Assembly: GCA_963668175.1 (NCBI GenBank)
Contig: OY764159.1
Span: 1-64,000 of the forward strand
Length of the DNA stretch: 64,000 nucleotides
Source: Syntrophales bacterium
Lineage (GTDB): Bacteria; Desulfobacterota; Syntrophia; Syntrophales; PHBD01
Reading direction: 5' to 3'
Shown: positions 20,195-29,630 of the stretch, piece by piece
Numbering within the stretch: position 1 is the stretch's first letter
How the letters are laid out: every line of letters begins with the position of its first letter
Program-made: the position numbers and the translations under genes
The notes under the pieces: model-generated
What the model was told of the DNA's origin: nothing
Database searches by the model: none
The model's input: only the letters and a program-made list of their open reading frames with translations

Positions 20195-21037
20195 TCAATT
20201 TCGTCCGTCAATAAGGTCAGTCAGTTTGTCTTCAGACATCGCGCCTTCTCGGATTCGACCATCGGGAAGGATGATGGTAGGCGTGGCGTTGATGCCCAGA
20301 GTTCTTGCCAATTTCATGGAATTCTCAATCTCGTCGGTCGTACAGTCTGTCTTCGGGATCGTCTTGGTTGTGAAGTTTTCTTCAAGCAGCTTCAGTGATT
20401 TATTGCAGACGATACTTTTTGCTTTCCAGTAGGCGTCTTTATGAAAATCAAGGGGTAGGAACTTCATAAAAAAGACAATGTCTTTCCTCTTCGCAATGAT
20501 CTCCTGTATCGCTTTGTGAAGCTGGGCGCAGAAATCGCAATCCGGGTCTGTGAAAACGATAACCTTCTTGAGGGCCGTAGGCTCTCCGGCAACCAGCGCT
20601 TGATCCAAAGGAATCTTGCTGATATCTATTTTCTTTTTATCCTTTATTTCCTGCATCCTATTGGCTGTGAGATTGGTCATGGTCGTTATGTCCACCAAGT
20701 TGCCGAAGAAAAGATATTTCCTGGACATATCGATATAGAAGAGGGCCGAACCGCTTTGGCTGTTCATGGCCACTTCGCAAATGTTTTTTACAGGGGTCGC
20801 GGTAATGCTGACATTGGCGGATTCGGGCACTTTCAATTTGCCGAGGATGTCCCGGATGTCTTGCTTCGTCAGGGAATTACAGTCTGTGGATTTCACCGCT
20901 TTTGCCGTATTCTTCGTTTTCTTGACTTCGGCGCAAAATGCCTCTTTACCAAACGATCCCCATGAAACAGCAATGCATATCCATACTATGATCATGATCA
21001 CCCGGCCAAAAACCGATGCCTTGTAAGTTTTAAACAA
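20195..21037 (-). CDS. dsbC: Periplasmic thiol:disulfide isomerase
   Basis: FTDPDCDFC, GINATPT, N-terminal dimerisation domain; TTG start after GAAGGAGG. Confidence 0.88.
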   Translation of the reverse strand: MFKTYKASVFGRVIMIIVWICIAVSWGSFGKEAFCAEVKKTKNTAKAVKSTDCNSLTKQDIRDILGKLKVPESANVSITATPVKNICEVAMNSQSGSALFYIDMSRKYLFFGNLVDITTMTNLTANRMQEIKDKKKIDISKIPLDQALVAGEPTALKKVIVFTDPDCDFCAQLHKAIQEIIAKRKDIVFFMKFLPLDFHKDAYWKAKSIVCNKSLKLLEENFTTKTIPKTDCTTDEIENSMKLARTLGINATPTIILPDGRIREGAMSEDKLTDLIDGRN

Positions 21038-21399
21038 AGGGCCTCCTTCGAATATCTGCATTTTCGTGATACAAACCTGAGAACTGTCAGGCAGTGTTTC
21101 ACATTTTGGAGGTAAAATCAAGCAATAGGCTCACTTACTGTCTCTGTAAAATTCAATTTGCTCATTCCATTTATATTCAAATCAATCTATATCCTATAGA
21201 TAATTATCGATAGGATCGGTTCTGCGTTTACAATTCCAATAATACTTTAACTTATTGTAATATTACAGTAAAATAAACTTCTTTACGGAAAATCTTTTTA
21301 CGATTTCGCTCTTGACACGTTATAGGGGCTGTGTTAGCGTTCATACAGAGCCGAAAAATTCGAAAAACACCTCTAATAACATAGGGCTACGACTCTTCG

Positions 21400-22095
21400 A
21401 TGATCCAATACCTTTACGAGAATAAAACGCAGTTTCTCATCAATATCGACGATTGCCTGGCCAGAGGAGCGCATGAAGAAGCAAGGGCCATGTGCGAACA
21501 GTGGTTGAATCAATTTCCCGGAGATGTGGAAGTCAGGCTTTGCCTCGGCCGCTCATTCATGGCATTGGAACGGCCTGAGCAGGCATTAACCGTGCTTAGG
21601 GGTGTCGAACATACCCTGCTCCAGCTTGGCTCGGTTTATATCCATATGGGTGATATATACAGCCATCTGCGTGAGAATTATGAAGCCTTATCGTGCTACG
21701 TCAGATATCTGGACCTGTTTCCGGCTTCTCAGAAAGTCCAGGAAGTCACGGAAAAGACGAACTCTCTTCTGGGTCATCCGGAACGGGATTTATCGGACGA
21801 GATCAGCTATCAGAGCATCGAAGCGGTTTCATCTGATTTCCACACACTCACCCTGGCGGATCTTTATATCAAGCAAGGGCACATCGATATGGCCCGCGAT
21901 GTGTTAAAGAGCATCCTGGCGAAGGATTCCGGAAACGTGATCGCTGCCAGGAAATTAAATAAACTTGAGGCTATATTCAATTATAACGAACAAGAAAGCT
22001 GTGAGAAAGATCACAAAAAAACTACAATCATCTCAGAGTTAACAGCCTGGCTTAACAACATCGACCGGTTGAGAAACCGGCAACCGGAACATTAA
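21400..22095 (+). CDS. TPR-repeat protein
   Basis: TPR-like helices; TLTLADLYIKQGH motif; TTGACA-N17-TAGCGT upstream at 21313. Confidence 0.75.
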   Translation: MIQYLYENKTQFLINIDDCLARGAHEEARAMCEQWLNQFPGDVEVRLCLGRSFMALERPEQALTVLRGVEHTLLQLGSVYIHMGDIYSHLRENYEALSCYVRYLDLFPASQKVQEVTEKTNSLLGHPERDLSDEISYQSIEAVSSDFHTLTLADLYIKQGHIDMARDVLKSILAKDSGNVIAARKLNKLEAIFNYNEQESCEKDHKKTTIISELTAWLNNIDRLRNRQPEH

Positions 22096-23168
22096 TGGCG
22101 GCCCCTGAACGTATTTCAAAAGTCCTGACGGTCCTTGATAAGATCGGGATCAAGGCAATTGTTTTCTTCGACCTTAAAAACATAAGGTACCTGAGCGGAT
22201 TTACGGGAAGCGATGGAGTCCTTTTCTTTGAAAGAGACCGGATGACGCTTCTCATCGACGGCCGTTATATCCAGCAGGCGAAGGAAGAGACCTCCGGCGT
22301 TCAGTTGTTTGAGTATCGAGAGAAGAATGAAGGCATCGAAGCCGTTCTTGCCAACTCTGATGCAAAAGTAGTCGGTTTTGAATCGCCGGCCTTGGATGTC
22401 GCCACATTCCTTATATTGAAGAATAAGTTGACAGGTACTGAATTACGTCCCGTTTCCGATGAATTGAAATTTCTCCGTGCCTGCAAGGATACGGATGAAA
22501 TTGCACGCATTAAAAAGGCGGCCGCAATTGCGGCGGAAGCCCTGACGTCTCTGCTGGTACAAGTCAAAGAAGGCATATGTGAGCTTGACCTGGCTTGCGA
22601 ACTCGATTTTCTGATGCGGCGGAGGGGCGTGAGCCAGGTGTCATTCGATACGATTGCTGCGACAGGTGGCAATTCGGTCCTTCCCCATGCGAAACCGACG
22701 GATCGAAGAATCAAAAGAGGCGACAACCTCATGATCGATTACGGAGCCGTTGTCGACGGCTATCATTCGGATGAAACATGTACGTTTTTTTTCGGATCGG
22801 CCGACGAAGAGCAGAAAAAAGTCTACACCCTGGTTAAGGACGCACACGATATGGCCATCGACAAGATCAGGGCGGGAATGTCGTGTCGCGAGATTGACGG
22901 TATCGCCAGAAATTACCTGGATACACACGGATTTGGCAATTTTTTTCCTCATGCCACAGGTCACGGGGTCGGATTAGACGTCCATGAACCCCCCAGACTT
23001 GCACCGAAATCGGACGACATCCTTGAAGCGGGAATGATCGTGACGGTTGAGCCGGGCGTTTATTTGCCGGATACTTGGGGTATAAGAATTGAAGATATGG
23101 TCCTTGTACGGGAAGAAGGCTGTGAAGTGCTATCCCGAATGTCCAAAGATTTAACGATCATCGGATGA
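22095..23168 (+). CDS. Xaa-Pro aminopeptidase (M24B)
   Basis: NIRYLSGFTGS, DYG..YHSD.T, HATGHGVGLDVHE, VEPGVY, GIRIED. Confidence 0.93.
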   Translation: MAAPERISKVLTVLDKIGIKAIVFFDLKNIRYLSGFTGSDGVLFFERDRMTLLIDGRYIQQAKEETSGVQLFEYREKNEGIEAVLANSDAKVVGFESPALDVATFLILKNKLTGTELRPVSDELKFLRACKDTDEIARIKKAAAIAAEALTSLLVQVKEGICELDLACELDFLMRRRGVSQVSFDTIAATGGNSVLPHAKPTDRRIKRGDNLMIDYGAVVDGYHSDETCTFFFGSADEEQKKVYTLVKDAHDMAIDKIRAGMSCREIDGIARNYLDTHGFGNFFPHATGHGVGLDVHEPPRLAPKSDDILEAGMIVTVEPGVYLPDTWGIRIEDMVLVREEGCEVLSRMSKDLTIIG

Positions 23169-23377
23169 CAACCGGCCATGGGCAGCTTTTTTGCTCCGCC
23201 GCTTGGAATTTACGGCGGGCCTCAGGTGTATTGCTTCATAATTTCTTGAATAAATTGACTTGACACAGAAACGCATATCTATCAAAACCATAATATAGAA
23301 AAGACAACGTCGACGTATTCGGTATTGTATCCGGCCACGACGCAGTCAGTGATATCATTACAGCTAAGGTGTCTTAT

Positions 23378-23776
23378 ATGAAAGTCTTTCCGGATGATCT
23401 GCTTTACAGTCGTGAACACATATGGGTTCGCGTTGACGGAGATTTGGCCACCATAGGCATCACGGATTATGCCCAGGAACAGTTAGGAGAAATTCACGCC
23501 GTTGAGTTGCCCGCTGTCGATTCATCGGTTGAAAGAGATGAACCGTTCGGCCACATCGAATCTGTCAAAGGCGTGGTGGAACTGGTTTCGCCCGTTACGG
23601 GCGAAGTCATCAGTGCGAATGAAGACCTGACCGACGATGTCGGCATCATCAACAGTGATCCCCACGATACGGGATGGATTGTCGTTGTTGAAATGACGGA
23701 CCCGGAGGAATTGGATGACCTCCTCGACGCAAAGGAATATAACGATTTCGTCGTGCATGAACTTGGAGACGACTGA
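23378..23776 (+). CDS. gcvH: Glycine cleavage H-protein / lipoyl carrier
   Basis: HIWV, IGITDYAQEQLGEI, lipoyl-Lys in IESVK, INSDP..GWI. Confidence 0.92.
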   Translation: MKVFPDDLLYSREHIWVRVDGDLATIGITDYAQEQLGEIHAVELPAVDSSVERDEPFGHIESVKGVVELVSPVTGEVISANEDLTDDVGIINSDPHDTGWIVVVEMTDPEELDDLLDAKEYNDFVVHELGDD

Positions 23777-23782
23777 TTTTTC

Positions 23783-24598
23783 GTGAATGAATGGAGACTT
23801 ATTCCCTTCAGGCGGTTAAGTGCTTTCGAAAATATGGCAGCAGACGAAGCCATTTACCGACTGAATCATGCAGAATATGCCCTGCCGACCCTACGTTTGT
23901 ACTCTTGGTCTAAACCATCAATATCATTGGGATACTTCCAGAGTGCCGCGGAGGAAATCGATCTTGAGGTCTGTCAGAAACACCGGATCGACGTTGTCCG
24001 GCGCCCCACCGGAGGCAAGGCTGTTTTACACGGCCAAGATCTGACCTATTCGGTGGTCGCCAAAGAGAGCAATCCGCTGTTTCCCAAAGATATCCTAGGA
24101 ACGTATAAGATTATAAGCCAGTGTATCGCAGACGGATTGTCAACGCTGGGAATCATGGCCGTTATGTCCTCAGGATTGAGGGACTCAGAACATACTTTGA
24201 AAGCCTTTTGTTTTTCCGAACCGTCGAGATATGAACTGCTCGTCGGAGGGAAAAAGATATGCGGCAGCGCCCAGGCCAGATCGCAGGGTATTTTCCTGCA
24301 GCATGGATCTTTATTAATCGACTGTGATCCGTCACAAAGCGAATCGGTGATACGTTCTCCTTTGAGACCATCAAAGCAAGCTGATAAACTTCGAAAAACA
24401 ATGACTTGCATCCGTGAACATCAACCCCGGGATATGGATATTTCCACATTGTGCCTTGCCCTGCAAACAGGATTCGAAACCCGTCTCGGCATTCGGTTTC
24501 TTGAAGGCGCCCTGTCTGCGGAAGAGGAAGAACTCAAGTCGTCCCTAATGAATAATAAATATTTGAATCCAAACTGGAATTTATATGGCAGGGCCTGA
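23783..24598 (+). CDS. Lipoate-protein ligase / octanoyltransferase (LipM/LplA family)
   Basis: NMAADEA, VRRPTGGKAVLH, CF, KICGSAQ, LQHGS. Confidence 0.9.
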   Translation: MNEWRLIPFRRLSAFENMAADEAIYRLNHAEYALPTLRLYSWSKPSISLGYFQSAAEEIDLEVCQKHRIDVVRRPTGGKAVLHGQDLTYSVVAKESNPLFPKDILGTYKIISQCIADGLSTLGIMAVMSSGLRDSEHTLKAFCFSEPSRYELLVGGKKICGSAQARSQGIFLQHGSLLIDCDPSQSESVIRSPLRPSKQADKLRKTMTCIREHQPRDMDISTLCLALQTGFETRLGIRFLEGALSAEEEELKSSLMNNKYLNPNWNLYGRA

Positions 24599-25682
24599 AT
24601 CCATGCTTGAGATGTCGATATTCAGGAAGGAAGTTCGGGCACAGCAGGCTTATCCCATAGAAGACACCGCCTGCTCGGTTAAGCTGGATGCCAATGAGAA
24701 TCCCTATCATCTCCCTCAGGCAGCTAAACGTCGATTTTGGAAACTTCTTCGTGAAATTGCGCTTAATCGGTATCCGGAACCCGGGTCGCCTGAGGTCTTG
24801 CAACGATTCGCCCTCCACTTCGGGATTGACCGAGATATGATTATGGTGGGAAATGGGTCGGATGAGCTTATCGGTATTCTCTGCACGGCGGTGGGAGGCG
24901 AAGGTACACCGGTCATGGTTCCGGTCCCAACTTTCGCCATGTATCGGATCTCCGCTCAAAATAACGGTCATAAGGTGCTGAGTATCCCGTTAGACGAAAC
25001 CTTCGATCTGGATGTGGCGAGAATGCTGGATGCGATAGAAAAGGAGTCGCCGTCACTTATCTTTATAAGTTACCCCAACAATCCTACAGGGAACTGTTTT
25101 CGTCGAAGCCATATAGAAGACATTATTCGTAGCTCACGGGGTATCGTCGTCGTCGATGAAGCCTACTATCCCTTTTCCGGCAAGACTTTCATCGAAGACA
25201 TGAAAAAATACGACAATCTCGTAATCCTGAGAACCTTATCGAAGGTCGGGCTTGCCGCCATGCGTCTCGGTTTTCTGTTGGGCAATCCGGAAGTTATTCA
25301 TCAGCTGAACAAAGTCAGGCTCCCCTATAATCTGAATGCCGTATCCCAGATGGCGGCCCTATTTTATCTCGAGGAGGAGAAACTTTTCACGAGGCAGGTG
25401 GAACGGATCAACCGTGAAAAAGACCACTTGTTCAGAGGACTTAGGAAGATCGACGGAATCGTGCCATATCCATCGGATGCGAATTTTGTTTTTTTTGGTT
25501 GCACTAACAACTCGAATAGCGTATATACTAAGCTGATAAAGAGGGGTGTTGTTGTAAAACCCTTCGTGCCGACAGGCGGGGTTTCCGGAAACTTTCGGGT
25601 TACCGTGGGAACCCGGGATGAGAATGGAAAATTCCTTGAGGAATTGAAAAGTATAGTCGCTGAAGTTAGGGGCGTGATTTAA
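24585..25682 (+). CDS. hisC: Histidinol-phosphate aminotransferase
   Basis: KLDANENP, GNGSDELI, PNNPTG, VDEAY, RTLSK..LAAMRLG. Confidence 0.92.
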   Translation: MAGPESMLEMSIFRKEVRAQQAYPIEDTACSVKLDANENPYHLPQAAKRRFWKLLREIALNRYPEPGSPEVLQRFALHFGIDRDMIMVGNGSDELIGILCTAVGGEGTPVMVPVPTFAMYRISAQNNGHKVLSIPLDETFDLDVARMLDAIEKESPSLIFISYPNNPTGNCFRRSHIEDIIRSSRGIVVVDEAYYPFSGKTFIEDMKKYDNLVILRTLSKVGLAAMRLGFLLGNPEVIHQLNKVRLPYNLNAVSQMAALFYLEEEKLFTRQVERINREKDHLFRGLRKIDGIVPYPSDANFVFFGCTNNSNSVYTKLIKRGVVVKPFVPTGGVSGNFRVTVGTRDENGKFLEELKSIVAEVRGVI

Positions 25683-25698
25683 TCATAGGCAACATTGT

Positions 25699-25750
25699 GG
25701 GTAGTTCATGGCGTGGCAGATGAATGTCAGCGCTGGACTGCCCTTTTTTT
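25699..25750 (+). terminator. Long stem-loop with U-tract between hisC and rpsU
   Basis: GGGTAGTTCA...TGGACTGCCC followed by T7. Confidence 0.7.
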
Positions 25751-25801
25751 GCGCCTATCGATCGAATCATTTCATAATCGAATCAGAAAGGGAGTGACAA
25801 T

Positions 25802-25993
25802 TTGGAAGTCAAGGTATTTGATAACGACGTAGAGAAAGCGCTTAAGATTTTAAAAAACAAGCTTTCCAAGAGCGGATTGTTCAAAGAATTGAAGCTGCGT
25901 CGGGCTTATGAGAAGCCATCCGTTAAGAAGAAGAGAAAGGCCATAGAGGCACGCAGGCGATTTGCCAAGGTTCAACGAAGAAGAAGCGCATAA
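25802..25993 (+). CDS. rpsU: 30S ribosomal protein S21
   Basis: EKALK.LK, RRAYEKPSVKKKRK; TTG start after AAGGGAG. Confidence 0.93.
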   Translation: MEVKVFDNDVEKALKILKNKLSKSGLFKELKLRRAYEKPSVKKKRKAIEARRRFAKVQRRRSA

Positions 25994-26074
25994 TGGAAGG
26001 TAAGCGCAAACGGGTCGAGGGTATCAGGAAGCGTTAGATTTCAATGATGAGCCCGTCTTCGTGTGATCTGAGAT

Positions 26075-26734
26075 ATGCCGATGGAAGAGAAGCAATACCT
26101 CGTTGATGCATTGCGGATTGAGGAATCGTGGCGGATATTCCGCATCATGGCTGAATTCGTTGAGGCTATCGAAGAACTTTCAAAATTGCAGCATGCCGTT
26201 ACGATATTCGGATCCGCCCGGACATTACCGGGCGATCCTTATTATCAAAAAGCCGAGGATTTGGCCCGAAAGCTTGCGCTGAAAGGCTTCAGCGTTATTA
26301 CGGGCGGCGGACCTGGCATCATGGAAGCGGCCAACAAAGGAGCAGCCGAGGCCGGAGGCAAGTCCGTGGGCATGAATATCCGCCTGCCTTATGAGCAAAA
26401 GCCGAATCCCTACGCCAACATCAGCATCGACTACAAGTATTTCTTTATCCGCAAGGTCATGTTCGTTAAATATGCCGTGGCCTATGTCATTCTTCCCGGC
26501 GGCTTCGGAACCATGGATGAATTGTTTGAGGCCTTGACCTTGATTCAAACAAGGCGAATCAGGAGCTTTCCTGTTATATTGATGGGCAGCGAATACTGGC
26601 AGGGGCTGATTCACTGGTTAAAAGACATAATGGTCCGCGACGGCAAAATCGATTGTGAAGACCTCGATCTTATTCAAGTTTTCGACGATCCGGACGATGC
26701 CGTAAAACATATTGCTAAATTCGTTATTGTTTGA
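26075..26734 (+). CDS. LOG-family Rossmann-fold protein (TIGR00730-like)
   Basis: TGGGPGIMEAANKG, FFIRKVMF, PGGFGTMDE. Confidence 0.92.
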   Translation: MPMEEKQYLVDALRIEESWRIFRIMAEFVEAIEELSKLQHAVTIFGSARTLPGDPYYQKAEDLARKLALKGFSVITGGGPGIMEAANKGAAEAGGKSVGMNIRLPYEQKPNPYANISIDYKYFFIRKVMFVKYAVAYVILPGGFGTMDELFEALTLIQTRRIRSFPVILMGSEYWQGLIHWLKDIMVRDGKIDCEDLDLIQVFDDPDDAVKHIAKFVIV

Positions 26735-26775
26735 TCCCTCCTTCAACTTCCTAGCCCGTGTTATAAAAATCATCT

Positions 26776-28158
26776 ATGGCATTGACAAAGAATGCTTTGA
26801 AAGAATCCGAGGTGTCTCTAAGCAAGGTCTTAAGTGACCTCAGCAGGGGCAAGGCTTCACCCTGTTATCTCATCTACGGCGATGAGGAATATTTGATCAA
26901 GGATGCCCTGCAGAAAATTCTGAATGCACTCCTCGACAAGCAGGACAGGGCGTTCAATCTTTTCATGGTTGACGGGGACCAGCAGAATCTGAACGACGTT
27001 TGCGAATCCCTTCTGACGCTTCCCTTGATCCCCGGGAAGAAAGTCGTCGTTCTCAAAGACACGCCTCTCTTCCAATCCAGGGAAATGCTCCCCGATATGA
27101 CGAAGAAAATCCGCGACCGCCTGGGCAGGGATCCCTTACAGGCAGCCAAGGATTTTATTTCCTTATTGAATGTTGCAGGCTGGAAGCTCGACGACCTCAA
27201 GGATGGAGGCTGGCAGAAAATTCCCGAGCAGGAGTGGCAGACGGTCGGCTCAGCAGAGGAAGGAACTCCAAGGGACGAGTGGCTGCCCAAGGTCATCGAT
27301 CTGTGTGTCAAGAATGGATTAGATACGGGAAATCAAGGAGATACAACGGAACGTCTCGAAAGCATTTTGAAGACCGGTCTGCCGGAAGACAACCATCTGA
27401 TTCTGACGACAGATCACGTCGACAAGAGGAAGCGATTATACAAGACCATCTCCTCCCTGGGTGTCGTCCTTTACTTCTCCCGGGACAAGGGAGAACTGCG
27501 GCAGAAGAGCAAGGTCATGCCCATGGTCAATACCGTTCTCTCCGATCACGCCAAATCGCTGTCTCACGAAGCGTGGCAGGCCATTGGAAAGAAAACGGGA
27601 TACGACGTGAGAAATACCATGGGTGTTATCGAACATCTGGTGACGTATACCGGAGATAGGGCGGTTATCGAAGCAAGGGACATCGACGAGATCGTCAGCA
27701 AAACGAAGGAGGAAACGGTATTCGATCTGACGGCCGCCGTCATCGCGAAAGACTTGCGGAAAGCCCTCTTGACATTGAATGAACTCTTTGAAAAGGGATC
27801 ACATCACATATTGATTCATTCCGTCATATCCAGGGAAATCCGGCACCTTCTTCAGGTGAAGCTTCTGATCAAATCCGGGATATTCTCGAAGTTCAGATCT
27901 GAGATGGAGTACGGTCAATTTCAGAAAGATATATACCCCTCGTTGCGAAAGATGAGCGAAGGATCAAAGAGCTCCGGAAATCTGTTGAGCCAAAATCCTT
28001 ATGTCATCTTTTTGGCACTGAGGAATGCGGAACGTTTCTCTTTCAGTCAGCTCTTAAAGTTACAAACCCGACTCGTTGAAATGGATATAGCTTTCAAATC
28101 TTCGGCGGCGGATCACAAGTTGCTGCTTGAATGCTTTATTGCCGCCGCCTGTTCGTAA
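26776..28158 (+). CDS. holA: DNA polymerase III delta subunit (long form)
   Basis: PCYLIYGDEEYL, VDKRKRLYK, VFDLT.A, MDIAFKSS. Confidence 0.8.
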   Translation: MALTKNALKESEVSLSKVLSDLSRGKASPCYLIYGDEEYLIKDALQKILNALLDKQDRAFNLFMVDGDQQNLNDVCESLLTLPLIPGKKVVVLKDTPLFQSREMLPDMTKKIRDRLGRDPLQAAKDFISLLNVAGWKLDDLKDGGWQKIPEQEWQTVGSAEEGTPRDEWLPKVIDLCVKNGLDTGNQGDTTERLESILKTGLPEDNHLILTTDHVDKRKRLYKTISSLGVVLYFSRDKGELRQKSKVMPMVNTVLSDHAKSLSHEAWQAIGKKTGYDVRNTMGVIEHLVTYTGDRAVIEARDIDEIVSKTKEETVFDLTAAVIAKDLRKALLTLNELFEKGSHHILIHSVISREIRHLLQVKLLIKSGIFSKFRSEMEYGQFQKDIYPSLRKMSEGSKSSGNLLSQNPYVIFLALRNAERFSFSQLLKLQTRLVEMDIAFKSSAADHKLLLECFIAAACS

Positions 28159-28180
28159 ATTGCGCCTCTCTCTTCTTTCT

Positions 28181-28702
28181 TCACAATTTCCTCATCTTGG
28201 CCAGGATATTTCTCTTCGTTTTCGACAGGCGGTGCGATGGTCCTTTTCTCTTAAGACCCGTTTTCTCCTTATCGGATTCATCTTCGTCCCGGCCGGCCAT
28301 AGTCATTGACGGACCGCCGACGGCGGTCATTCGTTCCTCGAATTCGGGTGAAGGGATGGCCGTATATCCCCGTCGGGTGGTAAAATGCGTAATGTCCCGG
28401 TCCGACGTAATGACGACAAGGTCCTCCCCGCCCTTCTCGACGATTCGCTTGATGACATCGTCAGCCTTGATGCCGCGGCGGGAGTAAATGATATCAATAC
28501 CATCCTGCCGGTCTCTCTCTTCGTCGAAAGATCCTCCTTCCCAGCCATCGAAAATGACCGTGATCCTGTGTCCTTTTTCCCTCTTATAGAGTGCAACTTT
28601 CTGGATTAAGGCTTTTCTGCCTTCCTCCAGGCTTATTCTTTCATAGCGCCTCAAAGTATCGGACTGCCTAATAAGGTTGTATCCGTCGATAAGAATGTGC
28701 AT
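28181..28702 (-). CDS. NYN-domain (YacP/Rae1-like) ribonuclease
   Basis: ILIDGYNLI, VIFDG, ADDVI, VITSDR. Confidence 0.88.
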   Translation of the reverse strand: MHILIDGYNLIRQSDTLRRYERISLEEGRKALIQKVALYKREKGHRITVIFDGWEGGSFDEERDRQDGIDIIYSRRGIKADDVIKRIVEKGGEDLVVITSDRDITHFTTRRGYTAIPSPEFEERMTAVGGPSMTMAGRDEDESDKEKTGLKRKGPSHRLSKTKRNILAKMRKL

Positions 28703-28806
28703 TGTCGAATTCCTGCGATTCCTCTCCACAGGTCAATATGCACAACATGCGAGTTATGCATGCCACATTGAAAACTTATCACAGGACGCCGAACGTTCCA
28801 AATGTT

Positions 28807-29538
28807 TTAATGGTCGCTCACCTGTTGCTGCTTCTCCCCGGAGTCGTCCAGAATACGACCGGTAACGCCGATTTTCGAATAGGAAACGGGCAGGTCCTTA
28901 CCGGCATCACGGAGGGCTTTCCTTATGATTTGGACCAGGCCGCTGCAACAAGGCACTTCCATGACGGCAATATGAACGGATCGAATCGTATTTGACTTGA
29001 ATATTTCGGTCAGCTTATCCGTATAAAAGGCGGCGTTGTCCAGCTTGGGACAACCGATAATCAAAGTTCTTCCTTTTAGAATATCTGCATGAAATCCGCT
29101 ATATGCAGAAGGTACGCAATCCGCAGCGACAACAAGATCAGCATCGTAAAAATAAGGTGCAGCAACAGGTACAAGCATCAACTGGACCGGCCAGTTCTGT
29201 AAAGAGCTTGCCGCATCTTGACCTCTGTTCGCCGGCTTTGGGACACGGTCAATCACATGAATACCCTCGCATGGAAAATTTCGGGCAACGGAACCTTTGG
29301 CGAGATGCGCCTTGACGACTTCCTCCTGAAACGGGTCGGCTTCTCTCTCCAGGATCGATATCGCCCCTTGCGGACATTCTCCAAGACAATTACCCAGGCC
29401 GTCGCAATAGATATCGCTGATAAGCCTCGCTTTTCCGTCCATTATTGTGATGGCACCTTCAGCGCAAGCTGCTGCACAAAGGCCGCAACCATCGCATTTT
29501 GCATCATCAATCTGTATGATCTTCCTCACTTGTCTCAT
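28807..29538 (-). CDS. 2x[4Fe-4S] ferredoxin fused to a Cys-rich domain (FrdX-like)
   Basis: CDGCGLCAAAC, CDGLGNCLGECP, NWPVQL, AADC, GCPKLD, MEVPCCSGL; GGAGGAGG RBS. Confidence 0.88.
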   Translation of the reverse strand: MRQVRKIIQIDDAKCDGCGLCAAACAEGAITIMDGKARLISDIYCDGLGNCLGECPQGAISILEREADPFQEEVVKAHLAKGSVARNFPCEGIHVIDRVPKPANRGQDAASSLQNWPVQLMLVPVAAPYFYDADLVVAADCVPSAYSGFHADILKGRTLIIGCPKLDNAAFYTDKLTEIFKSNTIRSVHIAVMEVPCCSGLVQIIRKALRDAGKDLPVSYSKIGVTGRILDDSGEKQQQVSDH

Positions 29539-29595
29539 TTTAATCCTCCTCCTATCTCTTCTATCGGACATTACCATCATTGAGCATCATCATCC

Positions 29596-29609
29596 TTGAC
29601 TTAAATCAA
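29596..29609. promoter_or_regulatory. FNR/HcpR-type operator in the divergent promoter
   Basis: TTGACTTAAATCAA versus TTGAY-N4-RTCAA, next to a Crp/Fnr gene. Confidence 0.8.
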
Positions 29610-29630
29610 TAATAGAAATAAATTCTATCC

